This document shows positions 37,090-48,701 of a stretch of 64,000 nucleotides of DNA, one piece after another. The stretch is from positions 310,001-374,000 of the forward strand of contig JAPEUD010000007.1 of assembly GCA_026026165.1 (NCBI GenBank). Reading direction: 5' to 3'. The stretch comes from Sarea resinae (taxonomy: Eukaryota). The translations under genes were made by a program, and so were the position numbers. Position 1 is the stretch's first letter; the number at the start of each line of letters is the position of its first letter. Under the pieces are notes generated by a model. The model was given only the letters and a program-made list of their open reading frames with translations, was not told the DNA's origin and ran no database searches.

Positions 37090-37764
37090 GGGGCTGGGAC
37101 CTTTGAGGATGAGGATGTGGGCGGATAAGGGGAGCTCAGACCCATCTTCGTTGCTTCGTCGTCGTTTTTTTGTTTTGCGATGGGCTGGTTGGTGCGACGG
37201 TACGGCCGGGGTTCTTTTTTCCGATTTCTTTCTGGACGGGCGGTCTGCAGGTCTGCAGGTCTGCAGGTCCCGTTTCCCTTTTGGCGAGCCTGGGGGGTTT
37301 TGTTTTTGTTGTTCTCGGATCGGACCTTTTTACTTGCTTCTCTCCCTCTTTTTCTGTCTCCCTTCTCTGTCTCTCTCGCGGGCCGCATCTCTCTAGACTT
37401 GAGATACAAGATCTCGGATCACATATCCAGAAATCAAGATCTGTCACTTGATCGCCCTACCTTGTCCCATCTACCTCATCCCACCTACCTTACCTTGTCC
37501 CTACCTACCTTATTCTACCGTAATTTACCTCACCCCTACTATGCCCTACTTTACCGTACCCTGCCTGACCTTACCTCACCTCTAGCTCACCCACCTCTAC
37601 GTTGCTCTACGTTGCCCCTCCCTACTAACACCACAATCAAAACACCATCCCCATCCACATTCACATACCCGTACACTTTTGGTTTTAGGACAGGCCACGG
37701 TCACTATCACCATCACTGTCACTGTCACTATCACTATCACAGTCATCACGGCAGATTGAACCAA

Positions 37765-37791
37765 CCCCCCCCCCCCCCCCCCCCCCCCCCC
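37765..37791. repeat. C27 homopolymer within the microsatellite-rich TAF4/SEC65 intergenic region
   Basis: Read directly from the sequence. Confidence 0.9.
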
Positions 37792-38221
37792 ACAAATAAG
37801 CCATGCTAGGCTATACCAGGCCATGCTAGGCCAAACTTTTCATAGAGTCGATAGATTGAAATTTTTTCTCTTGAAAAGAGGGGCTCTCTCTATTCTCTCT
37901 GTCTCTCGATCTCTTCTTGCTTGTTTCATATTCGTAGATTGTGAGAGGAAAAAAAAAAGAGCTAATGAGAAAAATTCCCTTGTGGATGTGAGAAAACGCC
38001 GAGATATGCATGTCATGGCAACCCCCCTCCGCCCACCCGCTCTCTCCGCCCACCCGCTCGCCCACTTTTTCTTTCCAGTCAGCTAGCTAGCTGTTCATCT
38101 ATCCCGGCCCCGCCCTGCCCCGCGAAGCCCTGATCTACTGCCACCACATCCGCCATAGATCCGCGTCCCCTGTAGGTTGAAAAGAAAAAAAAAAAAAAGC
38201 CCGTCAACCGCAACAGCGCAC

Positions 38222-39303
38222 CTACCGCGCCTTCTTCTTCTCCTTCTTCTTCTTCGCGCCCTCCACGGCGCCGGACCCACTGGAACCGCCGCCGCCGCCG
38301 CCCTCGCCCGCCATCTCGGCCATCATGTCCTTGATGAAATTATCGCTGATGCCGCCGCCGCTGAGCGCGGGCGAGTGCAGGGGTAGGATGGGGTTGATCT
38401 TCCAGCCGCGCGGCACGGCGGGCGGCGGTAGGGGTTCTTTGGGGGTAGGGAGGCCGGCGATGCGCAGGCGGAGCGGGGAGGTCGTCGTGGTGGGGTGCGC
38501 TTGTAGGTAGGTTGATATGAGGGTGTAGAGGTGGTGTTCTGGGAGGTAGAGGGTTGGGGTTAGTGTTTGATGGTGCGTTTAGTTGCTTCTGCTCTCCTTT
38601 CCGCTCCGCTGCTCTGCGCTTCTCGCACGTTGGGCCCAAGCCCGCCCACCCACCCACAAGACAGAAAGAGGAAAATCACGACTCACTGTTCTTGACGGCC
38701 CGACTACAGGCCCTGCCGTCCTCCTTGACCAAGACCCGGACCCGGCCAGGATTGCTCCAGTCCTTGGGATGCGTCTTGCCGGGCTCGAAGACGACCTGGA
38801 GGCCCAAGCCCAGCGCCTGGACGGCGTCGACGATCTCGCGCGCCAGCGGATTCGGCACCGCCTGCGACCTGCCGACACGCCGGCCCTGGGCGCGCGTCCG
38901 AGAGGCGTCGAAGTAGCAGGCGTACAGCGATTGGAAGTGCGCGCATTCTTCCGGCGTCGTGGTCGGCGCGTTCGGGTGTTGTGGCTGCAGTTGGGGCTCG
39001 GGTGGTCCTCCGGGCCTTGGGGCGCGAGAGGCGGAGGCGGCGGCTGAGGAGGAGGGAGAGGCAGAGAAGGAACTGTGTAGAGGTCGGCGTGAACATTAGC
39101 TTTACATTGTGGATCTAGATACGTCTGGAGCGGATCTGGGGAAACGGGTTCGAAGCAGAGGAGGGGCACTCGTACGGCAGGTTATTCGGCGTGATGATGG
39201 AATTGGCAAATTCGGTCGGGTCGAAGTCAGACGGATCCATGACATCCGGATCCGAGTCCGAGTCCGAGCTCGAAAGCTCTTCGATGCGTGCGTGGTGCGC
39301 CAT
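38222..39303 (-). CDS. SEC65: Signal recognition particle subunit SRP19/Sec65
   Basis: MAHHARIEEL...; introns 39175-39073 and 38686-38539. FQSLYACYFDASRTRAQGRRV, PNPLAREIVDA, EPGKTHPKDWSNPGRVRV, KNKHHLY, PRGWKINPILPLHSPA. Confidence 0.93.
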
Positions 39304-39877
39304 GGCTTTGGACTTCAGAGACAAGGTGCTTGCCGTGAGACAAGATGAAGCCACTGTGTGCGCAATATCGGGAATGGACAAGACATTAAGCGTCGAGTGT
39401 GGTGGGGGGCCTTGACGGCGTTACCCGGCGTGGTCGGCTTGTCTTGAGCATCTGCTACCCTCCAACCTACACACTGCATAGTGGCTTCAGGTTGTCTACC
39501 GCGTACCTCCAACTACCTTACTGTGGTAGACGTCATCTCTTTCCCAAGATCGATGAAGCACGATCTCGAGGGACTGATTTCTAGCGTTTGAGGGGGGAAG
39601 AAATATCTCATGCACAGATACGTTTCTAGAATATGAACAATCTCATCTAAAAATGTACTCTGCACTCAGCAGGTGCCGCGGTCCCCATTTTCATTTTCGT
39701 GTATAGACAACATCAACCGTCAACCATCAACCATCGTGATCAAAATCAAAGGTCAACCATCACATCACCAAGAAGGAAAGAGTGGAATCTCTCGCGCATT
39801 TTTACCAACCACTACTAGCCCTTGCTCCGTTTCCATCTCGCTTTGTGCTCTGTTCTATTCCCTGCCGAAGAAGAGAT

Positions 39878-41271
39878 TTAAGAAGCCTGGGCAGCGAAAC
39901 CAATCTTCGGGCCACTGTTGTCAAAGACGACAAACTGGCTCTTGAGGAAGATGTCACCGTAGATGGACATGCCGATGTTGGTGTTCTCCTGGATACCACC
40001 GAAGCAGGCTATATCACTCGTCAGCATACAACTCAGCCTATCTGTAGCTTAGTGCAAAGACTTACTGCCATCGCCGTTGGAGCTGTAGTTGATGTAGTCA
40101 CCTGGGACCACGGCGTGGTAGGAGCCGATACCGACCGTGAAGCTTGGGAGCGAGGCGTCACACGGGAAGATGTAGCCACCGTCATTGCTGCTGTAGGAGG
40201 AGCCGGAGACCTGGTTGTAGTATGCCTTGACAACGCTGGTGGGGGCGTAGAGGAGGGTGGTGCCGGTGTCTGGGAACAGATAGATTAGTCTCTAGGAACG
40301 ATGGACCCCCAGTGAAAGACGTACCAGCGATGGTGCTGATGGAGGTGCTGTGGAATGAGCCACTGCCAACGGCGTAGCCGCTGCTGGTGAAGCCCCAGTA
40401 GCCCTCGGAGTTGTCGACATCAGTATATGTGATAGATCCAGTGTACTTGCTGCTGTCGATGACGCCAAAGTCGTACGATCCCGCGGCGTGGTACTTGAGC
40501 GATGCCGTGAAGACGGGCGATCCGAGCTGCGAGAGCGCATTCTCGAAAAAGGTCTGCTGCTGATCGGGAGTCACTGTCTGTTGTTAGCATGGCGGCGTTT
40601 GGAGCAAGACGGCCATTGCTTACCAGTGTTGATGCTGCTGAAGCCGAGGCCCAGCAGGCCGTCGCTATCAGTGTCGGAGGTAAATTCAGAGCTGATCTGC
40701 TTGGCCGCCTCGACGGCTTGTCCGTCAACGGTGAGGCCGCCGACGGTAACATCGTCGCTGTAGACATTACCGCTGGCACCGCTGCCATCACCGTAGCTGA
40801 TATCCCAAGTCTCGCCGCTCATCAATTTAGAGGTCGACGACTTGCTCGGGTTGTATACACTGTGGCCCGATTGCTCGCTGGACGAAAGCTCCGTGGAGAA
40901 GACCCAGCTATGACGAGTAAGTTGGTCGTCCAAGAGAGCCAATGGCTAAAAACTCACAGGTCAGAAGAGCCGGTATCAAAGTCGAGGTTCAGAGTCTGTC
41001 CACCAATGGAGACCGGGCAGAGATATTCGGAGTCGTCCGTCTCGGGAGTAGCAGTCACGGAGCCAGACGCAGCGGCCGCATTCGCCACATCCTCGGGCAT
41101 CGGTTTGTTGTACTTGCGGTAAGTCCGGGCCATTTCTGCGGGACCATTGCGGGTGACGGCCTTGTTGAACTGTTGGTTCACCGTGAAGGAGCTACGCTTC
41201 TGGACGGGGCTGGCCACGGCAAAGGTCGCGAGGACCGCCGAGACGAAGGCAACGTGCGAGAGGGAATGCAT
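39878..41271 (-). CDS. Secreted aspartic protease (aspergillopepsin/penicillopepsin-like)
   Basis: Signal peptide [22 protein letters not shown], prosegment, both catalytic motifs DFDTGSSDL and [36 protein letters not shown]; four short introns. Confidence 0.95.
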
Positions 41272-41377
41272 CTTGGCTTGGGATGAAGTCGTTATTAAAG
41301 ACCCGATTTGAAATTGAGGCGGGCGAGTCTTGAAGGCTTGCTGGAGGACTGGTTTTCCTTCGAGGTGTCCATCTCTC

Positions 41378-41388
41378 TTTATATATAA
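41378..41388 (-). promoter_or_regulatory. TATA box of the aspartic protease gene
   Basis: TTATATATAAA on the minus strand about 105 bp upstream of the ATG. Confidence 0.7.
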
Positions 41389-42286
41389 CGAGATCCTCTA
41401 TCTGAGGCGCAAGACAGCATCGCGTCGGCCGAGGTGTTGACCTTCTTGGCGAGCCATCCGTCTTTGGAATGTCGGAAGCATTGCCCATCTTCCATCCTAG
41501 AAGCGCCAGCTTAGTGGACTAGGCGATGTGAGGGTGTCGAGGGCGGAGGTGTCCAGGATGAGAAGGTGGCCTGTCCATCGTAGATTCACCCGTAGGCCCA
41601 TCTGCATGACCCCACCTTTCTTCAAGGCCGAGACAAGGGCTCATTCGGGTGCAGCCTTCGATGGGAAGTTCGAGAAGCTGAGGGTCGACGGCGACATCGA
41701 GCCTTCAATCTCCGAGCCTTGGTTCATCGGAGTGGTAGTTGGAGACAGATGTGAGCAGCTGCAACTCTATCAGCAGATGCCCTTCAAAAGACGAGATCGA
41801 TCTATGATTGGCCACTGACGGGGTATAGCCAGGAGATGAGGAGGACAGGAACACGCCAATCCTATACGCGCTAATGGCGGGACGTTGAACCGTTTGATGT
41901 GATGAGGATGATGGCCACGGGGGTGCCATCTCTTCCATGCAGATGATAGGGCGAAACACTGATTGACGAGAGATGATTATCGGAATCAGCTGAAGAACCA
42001 AGGAGTCGTAGTCCAGGCCCCGGCATGTCCAAGCTTCTAGCGGATCATATCCGCGGAATCTAGCTTACATGGCTGGGTCGACCACTGTACGACGCTGGCG
42101 CTCTTCTGGCCCACGCTCACAGGTGTCACACGCAACGTTAGCAGCCACATCCGTCGTGCATCAGGACGACGAAGAGGAGACCAAGCAACGTCTTCCGCCC
42201 TCCCTCCCACCATGCCGTCTTCGAAGCTTTCCCCTCGGTTAGCCTGGAATGGCAGATGGAGAGTGGCTGGATGACTGGCTGGCTGG

Positions 42287-42342
42287 ACGGCGGAATGGCG
42301 GAATGGCGGGATGGCGAAATGGCGAAATGGCGGGATGGCGGG
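42287..42342. repeat. 8-bp tandem repeat (ATGGCGRR)x7
   Basis: Read directly from the sequence. Confidence 0.85.
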
Positions 42343-45300
42343 GATCTCTGTCCTGGCTGCGCTGTCGACTCGACTCAACTTACTACCTACTCTGTCTTAG
42401 CCCTCGTCATCATCACAGGCCTTGATTGTCTCTTGCAGATAATTACGATAGGTCGAGTGGCTCAAGTCAGCTCTCAGGGTTGGCCCGTAACGCCGAGTAG
42501 TCTGGCACCTAGTGCTCTACTGGTGAACCCCCGGCCATGGTCGACCAAGCCCGCGAGCGATCTGCTCGCATCCATATCGTCCTCGAGTAGAGTCGTGGTC
42601 AGAGGAAAGGTCCGGTAGGATACCTCAGATAGACATCGCATTCCCGACCCCCTCAGCTGCTAGTTGCCACGGTGCCTGGCCAGCACGGATATGTCGGTGG
42701 CTTTGCTTTCTACACTGCACCAGCACCAGCACAGGTGCAGCACACCCATGGATGCCTGAAGAGCCGAGACATTCGGTCAAGTCGATGACAGACAGTCGTA
42801 GTCAGGGTCTCGGTCGTCCGCCAGCCTCGGTCAAGCCGGGACGACGGCAAGAACAGAGAGTAGGCAGGCCAGGTAGGCAGGTATGCGACCATTGATTGAT
42901 ATCCATAAGCTTCAACCACCTAGCCTAGTATGATATTTGCTTGGGGCCAGGCCTTGCCGCCTACCCAAGGAAGTAGAAGATGTTCATGGTTTACTGAGAA
43001 TGCACGATTCCGGGCATCGGAAGCCCGGTGAGATCAGGACATGTAGTGGCGGGCGGTGAAGGAGGGAAGGACAAACAGGACTGGTGCGAGGGAAGATATC
43101 CGTCCGGGATAGTTGGCCGGGATGACCGCCAAGGGTGCTGATAAGCAACAATCGATACAAGCCAATAGTCCACCATTGATGAACGATGGACGATGAACGA
43201 ACGACTTGCATTCTCCCAAGCAAAACAACCATCAACTGCCGCTCTTCTCAGCAGCTGAAAGTGGAAGGCGAGAGGAGAGAGGCGAGAGGAGAGAGGAGAG
43301 AGGGAGGGAGAGAGAGAGGAGAAACGGTACTCCGAGTAGACCCTGGGCTGGATAGTGCCTGTAGGTAAGGTAGCCGGCTGCCAGGCGTCAAAGGATCAGC
43401 AATATTACATCAATAGGACTCCGCTCTCGAATACGAATATGTACGAAATACTCAGCAGAGAGAGCAGAGCAGGAGAGGAAAGTGATCTGTAGTCACGACC
43501 CATCTTCCTTCATACGACCTTACGAGTGGAGATGGTTATTTGGATCTCATCGGAGACTCGACCCTCAGCATGGTCTGCTCTACGAGAGGAATAAGGTCAA
43601 GCTATGGATCACGGAAAGATCTCCCCGGAGACCGCGAGGTCCTCTACTCCGGAGTACTCTCCTTTACCTTCTCGAGTAATTTCATAGCGGTCGAATAACA
43701 ACGAACGACAGCATGAACGTCCACCAAGACTTGGATATTCTTTAAGCTTGATATCAAGTGCAATGACCCTGAACCACGAACACGACCGCGAACACGACCG
43801 TCGCTCCAATGATTGGCCGTGTGATTTGGCACCGTCGTCGAGAGAGTTGAAGTAGAGGAATGGCCACCTCAGCCCGCCCAATTAATCTACCTCGTAGCAG
43901 AGGCAGCCAAAGTCGTGATCGGACTTTGCCGTAAGAGGGCCAGCCATCCATCCCTCGACCTGCCAGATCCGGTCAGGTCGTCCATGGGTGAGGAGAGGAT
44001 CCGTTCAAGCTGCTCGTTTCATCCTCGGTCCACTTCATCTCTTCCGGCCGTCGTTATAGGATATAGGCGACATGCTCGTTCATATTGGCCGGAGAAAAAG
44101 ACGCAAAGGAAAGCCGAGACGTGGTAGGGATGGTCAAGTCCCCTCGGTACCTTGCGAATACAAAGACCAATCATAAGAACAACAAGGTAGCAGAGCAAAG
44201 CCACAGACACTTCGAGAGAGGTCTCCTCGCAATTCGTCGCAATGAATGACAAGAATAGCTTCATCTTCCCTCGCCGCATACTATCGGCTACATAGGTAGC
44301 CGACCTGGTCTGATTGCTGAGCTTATCTGCCAGAGTGATCCTGACCTGCTGGACCTGTTCGGGGCGCGCTGCGGATGCTCCCGAGCTGCTCGTTCGGGGT
44401 TGACGTGATTGACGTGGTTGACGTGGGGAAGGGGAAAGCTCGGACGCATAGTCGATCCCTCCCCGGGGCCATCATCGACTCAGGGCCGTAACAGCCGGTT
44501 GCAAGCCACGCCCATTGACACGTACTGTACATGGACACGATAGACATTTGTGGGGAGTCTAAGGATGGAAGACCAAAGCTGATGACTGTCCGTATCGCCC
44601 CAGGCGTGGGTGACACCACTCGCGTGGGTAAATCACGACCGCTACAAGGTAGATTGACTGATATCGATACGAGCTTGGCAACAATCGCGAGTACGAAGAA
44701 ACGTCTCAGGGAACAGGGAGTAGAGGAATGGGGAGGAAGCTACCAAAGTTTAAGGTAGGTGGTAGTAGACTTAGTAGAAATAGTAGAGGTAGCAAAAGCA
44801 TGGACGAGGATGGGTAGATGGCGTTACCGGCAGCCTTAAGACGGACCGCAGTGAGGGGCAAACCACCTTGGCAGGGGCAATAATGACAGCTGGGCGCCTG
44901 CAGGGCGAATTGGAGGGCGAAGACGCCGCATATGGACTCGGCCTCAAGCATTGACGCTTTCACATAGAACGATGAACGATTAGTCACAATAGAAATGGGG
45001 TTGACGTTCGCTGCATGTTCGCTGCATAAGCTATGACCCTGTTTTCAACACCTGACGCTCCCTTGTCGGCGAGATATTAAGGCATTCCAGGAAGCCAAAG
45101 ATAGGAGATAATCAGTAAGCAGTAGTCTGGCTCAGGTACGATACGACCCCGGCCGGCCTTACCGACCCTAATTCGTCTGATGTTTCTGCCCTGCGACAGA
45201 GGAACATGTAAAATAAACAGTGTGGCGCCATCGCACCTGGCGTCCGCGCAATACTCTCTTTGGGAAGGAGGATGATGAGATGTGAGAGAATCAAGGTCTG

Positions 45301-45745
45301 GCCAATTCTTCGTGGATCGCGACTCTTGACGCTAGTGACGTAGATGTTGACTTTTTCTAGACCCCCCATTTCTTCAGCCATGGATCCGGTGAATCCTTGA
45401 TCTCTCAACACATTCCCCAACTGATCTGTAAGACGAGACAGGCGAATACTGGTCCTGCCAAAAAGCACGCTTTCCGGAGACCCGATCGTCTCGCGTGCTC
45501 GAGTGTCGTTTGTGGGGGAAAAGACCGCACATTATGAGCGATGAGAGTGAGTCTGGACACGCCACGAGCGGTGCATTACACCGATCATGACCTCAATGCC
45601 AGCCTTCAACAACTTCACCTATTTCACCCATGCCGTGACCGACCAATTTGGCCAGTCTTACTTCTGCGAGAACATCATCCAGAATTGAGGCAAGGCGGAG
45701 AATGGCCTCATGAACAAGATCGTTCATTGATCATTTGATACCGCC

Positions 45746-48301
45746 TTAGTGAGTTCCTCGAACTTCATCCTGCAACGCTTTCAGCGCCTCCTCATAGCGC
45801 CTCCTTCCTTCCTGATCGATAGCCTTCGGGTCGAGCTTGAATCTCTCGACCTTCTGATCTTCTTTACGCCTTATCTGTTGGCCCTTCGCGATATCATTCC
45901 AGAACCATCTTGCCTCCGAGTGGCTGTAGAATGTCCATGCCTGACCATCATGGCCTGCTCTGGCCGTGCGGCCAACCCGATGTACATACGCAGTCACACT
46001 GGTGGATATATCGTAGTTGATGATGTGGCCAAGGCTAGGAAGATCCAACCCGCGAGATGCGCGGTCAGACGCGACCAGGATAGACAGCTTACCAGAACGG
46101 AAAGCTCTGAGGACTTTGCGACCTTCCGAGGTAGCTGACGATTTCGTAAGACTGGCTGTAATGGGGGCAAATGAAGGATGCAGCTTTGCTAGAAGGAAGG
46201 ACAAACGGGTGGCATTTTCATTGTTGTTAGTGAATATCAAAACACCGTGAGAAGCTCGTGAGCCATCGCTTTTTTGCACCGAGTCCTTCCTAGCTGAGAA
46301 TAGATTATTGCTGGAGTTTGACGATGACGAGCCAGAACTCGATGTGCCAGATGAGTCTGAGCTGTCGCTAGAGACTACGCTCTCGTCGGAAGATGTTTCG
46401 TCGTCTCCAGACACACTAGAATCAGATGATCCCGAACTAGAAGTCTCATCAGAATCATCCGCATTGTGTGGTGGTTCAGATCCAGTGGCATCTTCCTGTT
46501 CCAAAATGATTCGCAAGAGTTGCAAGAGGTAAAGGGGCTTCTCGCTACTATCTCCCACCGCAATTGCATGTTCGGTCAAGGTCGTTGGAAGGTCGTAGGT
46601 TTCAATTGCTGTCATTGCTCCTGTACGAGCTTCATTCTCCGCTGATACATTTCCGACGTTATCCACTACCACCAGCTTCGGCTTCCGTAGCTTCAGGCCG
46701 CTCAGTTTCTGTATATCTTTAGTCATGGTTGCGCTGAGCACAACCTTTCTGAGAGGCCTTTTCTCTGTGGGGTACTCCATATCCAAAAGGATCTGTTCTC
46801 GTTTGCTTAGTTGATTGCGAGGCCTCTCTCCTTCTATAGCCGTCATGACAAGGTCCAGCCATCCCTGGAAACTCTGATTAAGCAACCTGTCTGCTTCGTC
46901 AATGATAAGCCAGCTGACGTGATTCAACGTGAAGCCTTTCGATGAACGCATGTGATCCACCAATCGTCCTGGAGTGCATATTAGGATGTCAACTTTTGAG
47001 GAATACTCGACAACATGATCCGGAAGTATATCCAAGCCTTCTTCGACGCTAAGGTCCCTATCATCATAGCGTCCTTTACTCCTCCAGTCTTCCGATGCAG
47101 ACTGTATATTTCTGTAGCCTTCAGGATCGTACTTTTGGCCCTTCTTGATCAATAGCTCTTGCTCGGCTCGAAGATGTCGGCTCCCCACAGCTGTTCCGAT
47201 CTGCAAGCCTGAGCCAGCCGCGATGAGATCACAAACATCGCAGGCTTGAGTCACAAGCTCTCTCGTAGGAACCACAATCAATCCTCGTAGTTTTCTGATG
47301 ACATTCACCCTCAGGTCCTCCACCATTGGCAGCACATAAGCTAGCGTTTTCCCCGAGCCGGTGGCAGCAGATACGCAGACGTCACCTGATTGCTGATTAT
47401 GTCCAGGTAGTAACAATGGCAGAACGGCCGCTTGCACCGCAAAGGCTTCTCTGTAACCACGGCTTTCCAATGAAGACGCTAACTTTGGCGAGATTTGCAG
47501 AGACTTGAAAGAGATTGTGTCCTTCGAAGATACGGTAATGGGCTCAGATAGCCAATGTGGGAGAGCAGAGAACAATGGCAGAGCTTCTGGGTCTGCCACT
47601 TGAGCTGGCTGTGGAAGTGGCACAAGGCCTTGAAGCTCCGCCCTCGCTTGGTCCTCTTCCTGCAGCTCAGTCGAGGGTTGTGTAGAGATATCCCGCTTTG
47701 TGAGCTTTTCTGCCACTTTCTTCGATCTCTCAAATTTTGAGACGACTGATTGATACTTCTTATCCACTTCCATCGGGGTTTCTGGAGTGCGAGCCTTCAA
47801 AGGCGTATCCGATGTGCTCTGGTGCTTCGTTTCCTCAGTGGCTAGTTCGTGCTCGGCCTTCACCTGCTTTCTTTTCTTACGATTCGTTGCTGATTGAGGC
47901 GTACGGTCGTGGATAAGGGGCTCGTCCTGGATTTTATAAGCATCTTCAATGGCCGAAGACCTTTCAGGCGTCAGATCTGTCTGACCCTCGTTGTGCTTCG
48001 ACTTCTGCCTCCTTTCGTCCTTCCGCGTCTTTTTATGAGATTTATGGCTGATGTCGTGACTGTCCACTACGACGGCCTTTGTAGCTGCATTGGAGTCGGC
48101 CCTCTTCTTTTCATTTTCCACCGCGCCACGATTGTCTCTCTCTAAGCTAACCCCGGCCGCAACAAGCCCATCTGCTTCTTTAGACAGGATCTGCCTCTTG
48201 CGCTTCTTGCCAGAAATTTGCGGCGAACTGGCACTGCTAGCCTCAGTAGATGGCGATGACTTTGACGGAGGTATGTAGCGGGCATATAAGGGAGTTGCCA
48301 T
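45746..48301 (-). CDS. DBP6: DEAD-box RNA helicase Dbp6 (DDX51)
   Basis: N-terminal YARYIPP, Q motif FAVQAAV, AATGSGKTLAY, VPTREL, TPGRLVDH, DEAD, SAT, SRGLD, YVHRVGRTARAG. Confidence 0.94.
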   Translation of the reverse strand: MATPLYARYIPPSKSSPSTEASSASSPQISGKKRKRQILSKEADGLVAAGVSLERDNRGAVENEKKRADSNAATKAVVVDSHDISHKSHKKTRKDERRQKSKHNEGQTDLTPERSSAIEDAYKIQDEPLIHDRTPQSATNRKKRKQVKAEHELATEETKHQSTSDTPLKARTPETPMEVDKKYQSVVSKFERSKKVAEKLTKRDISTQPSTELQEEDQARAELQGLVPLPQPAQVADPEALPLFSALPHWLSEPITVSSKDTISFKSLQISPKLASSLESRGYREAFAVQAAVLPLLLPGHNQQSGDVCVSAATGSGKTLAYVLPMVEDLRVNVIRKLRGLIVVPTRELVTQACDVCDLIAAGSGLQIGTAVGSRHLRAEQELLIKKGQKYDPEGYRNIQSASEDWRSKGRYDDRDLSVEEGLDILPDHVVEYSSKVDILICTPGRLVDHMRSSKGFTLNHVSWLIIDEADRLLNQSFQGWLDLVMTAIEGERPRNQLSKREQILLDMEYPTEKRPLRKVVLSATMTKDIQKLSGLKLRKPKLVVVDNVGNVSAENEARTGAMTAIETYDLPTTLTEHAIAVGDSSEKPLYLLQLLRIILEQEDATGSEPPHNADDSDETSSSGSSDSSVSGDDETSSDESVVSSDSSDSSGTSSSGSSSSNSSNNLFSARKDSVQKSDGSRASHGVLIFTNNNENATRLSFLLAKLHPSFAPITASLTKSSATSEGRKVLRAFRSGKLSILVASDRASRGLDLPSLGHIINYDISTSVTAYVHRVGRTARAGHDGQAWTFYSHSEARWFWNDIAKGQQIRRKEDQKVERFKLDPKAIDQEGRRRYEEALKALQDEVRGTH

Positions 48302-48701
48302 TGTATGAGAAGTCTGAACCAGTAGATCGGCAAGACGCGATCACGATTCAAAAAGCAGACGACTTGTGGCGTTTGTTGTCTGCTTCCTCGAAAATATTCA
48401 AAGTTCGCCAGAGCGCTCTAGCGACTGGCTACTTTAGATCTCTGACCGAACCTCCTTCACCGCCTTCGGACATTACCGTTCCCATTCGGCAATCCATCAA
48501 TTCTACACGTCTTTAACGCGGCGCGCTTTGCTCTGGACCTGTGTCGAGATTACCTAGCATGCCGCATCTATTTATCTGCGTATGAAGATGACAAGTCGAT
48601 GCTTCGCAGCGGGAAGCTCAGAAGCTCTGAGATCGAAATGCTTGAGCTAAGCGCAGATATTGCGCATCATCGATATACACACAGGCGATCCGTCCGACAT
48701 C

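Noticed and set aside
43400..45700. Short ORFs (44531-44758, 45112-45468) as a gene or pseudogene
   Set aside because: No recognisable domain or consistent exon chain.
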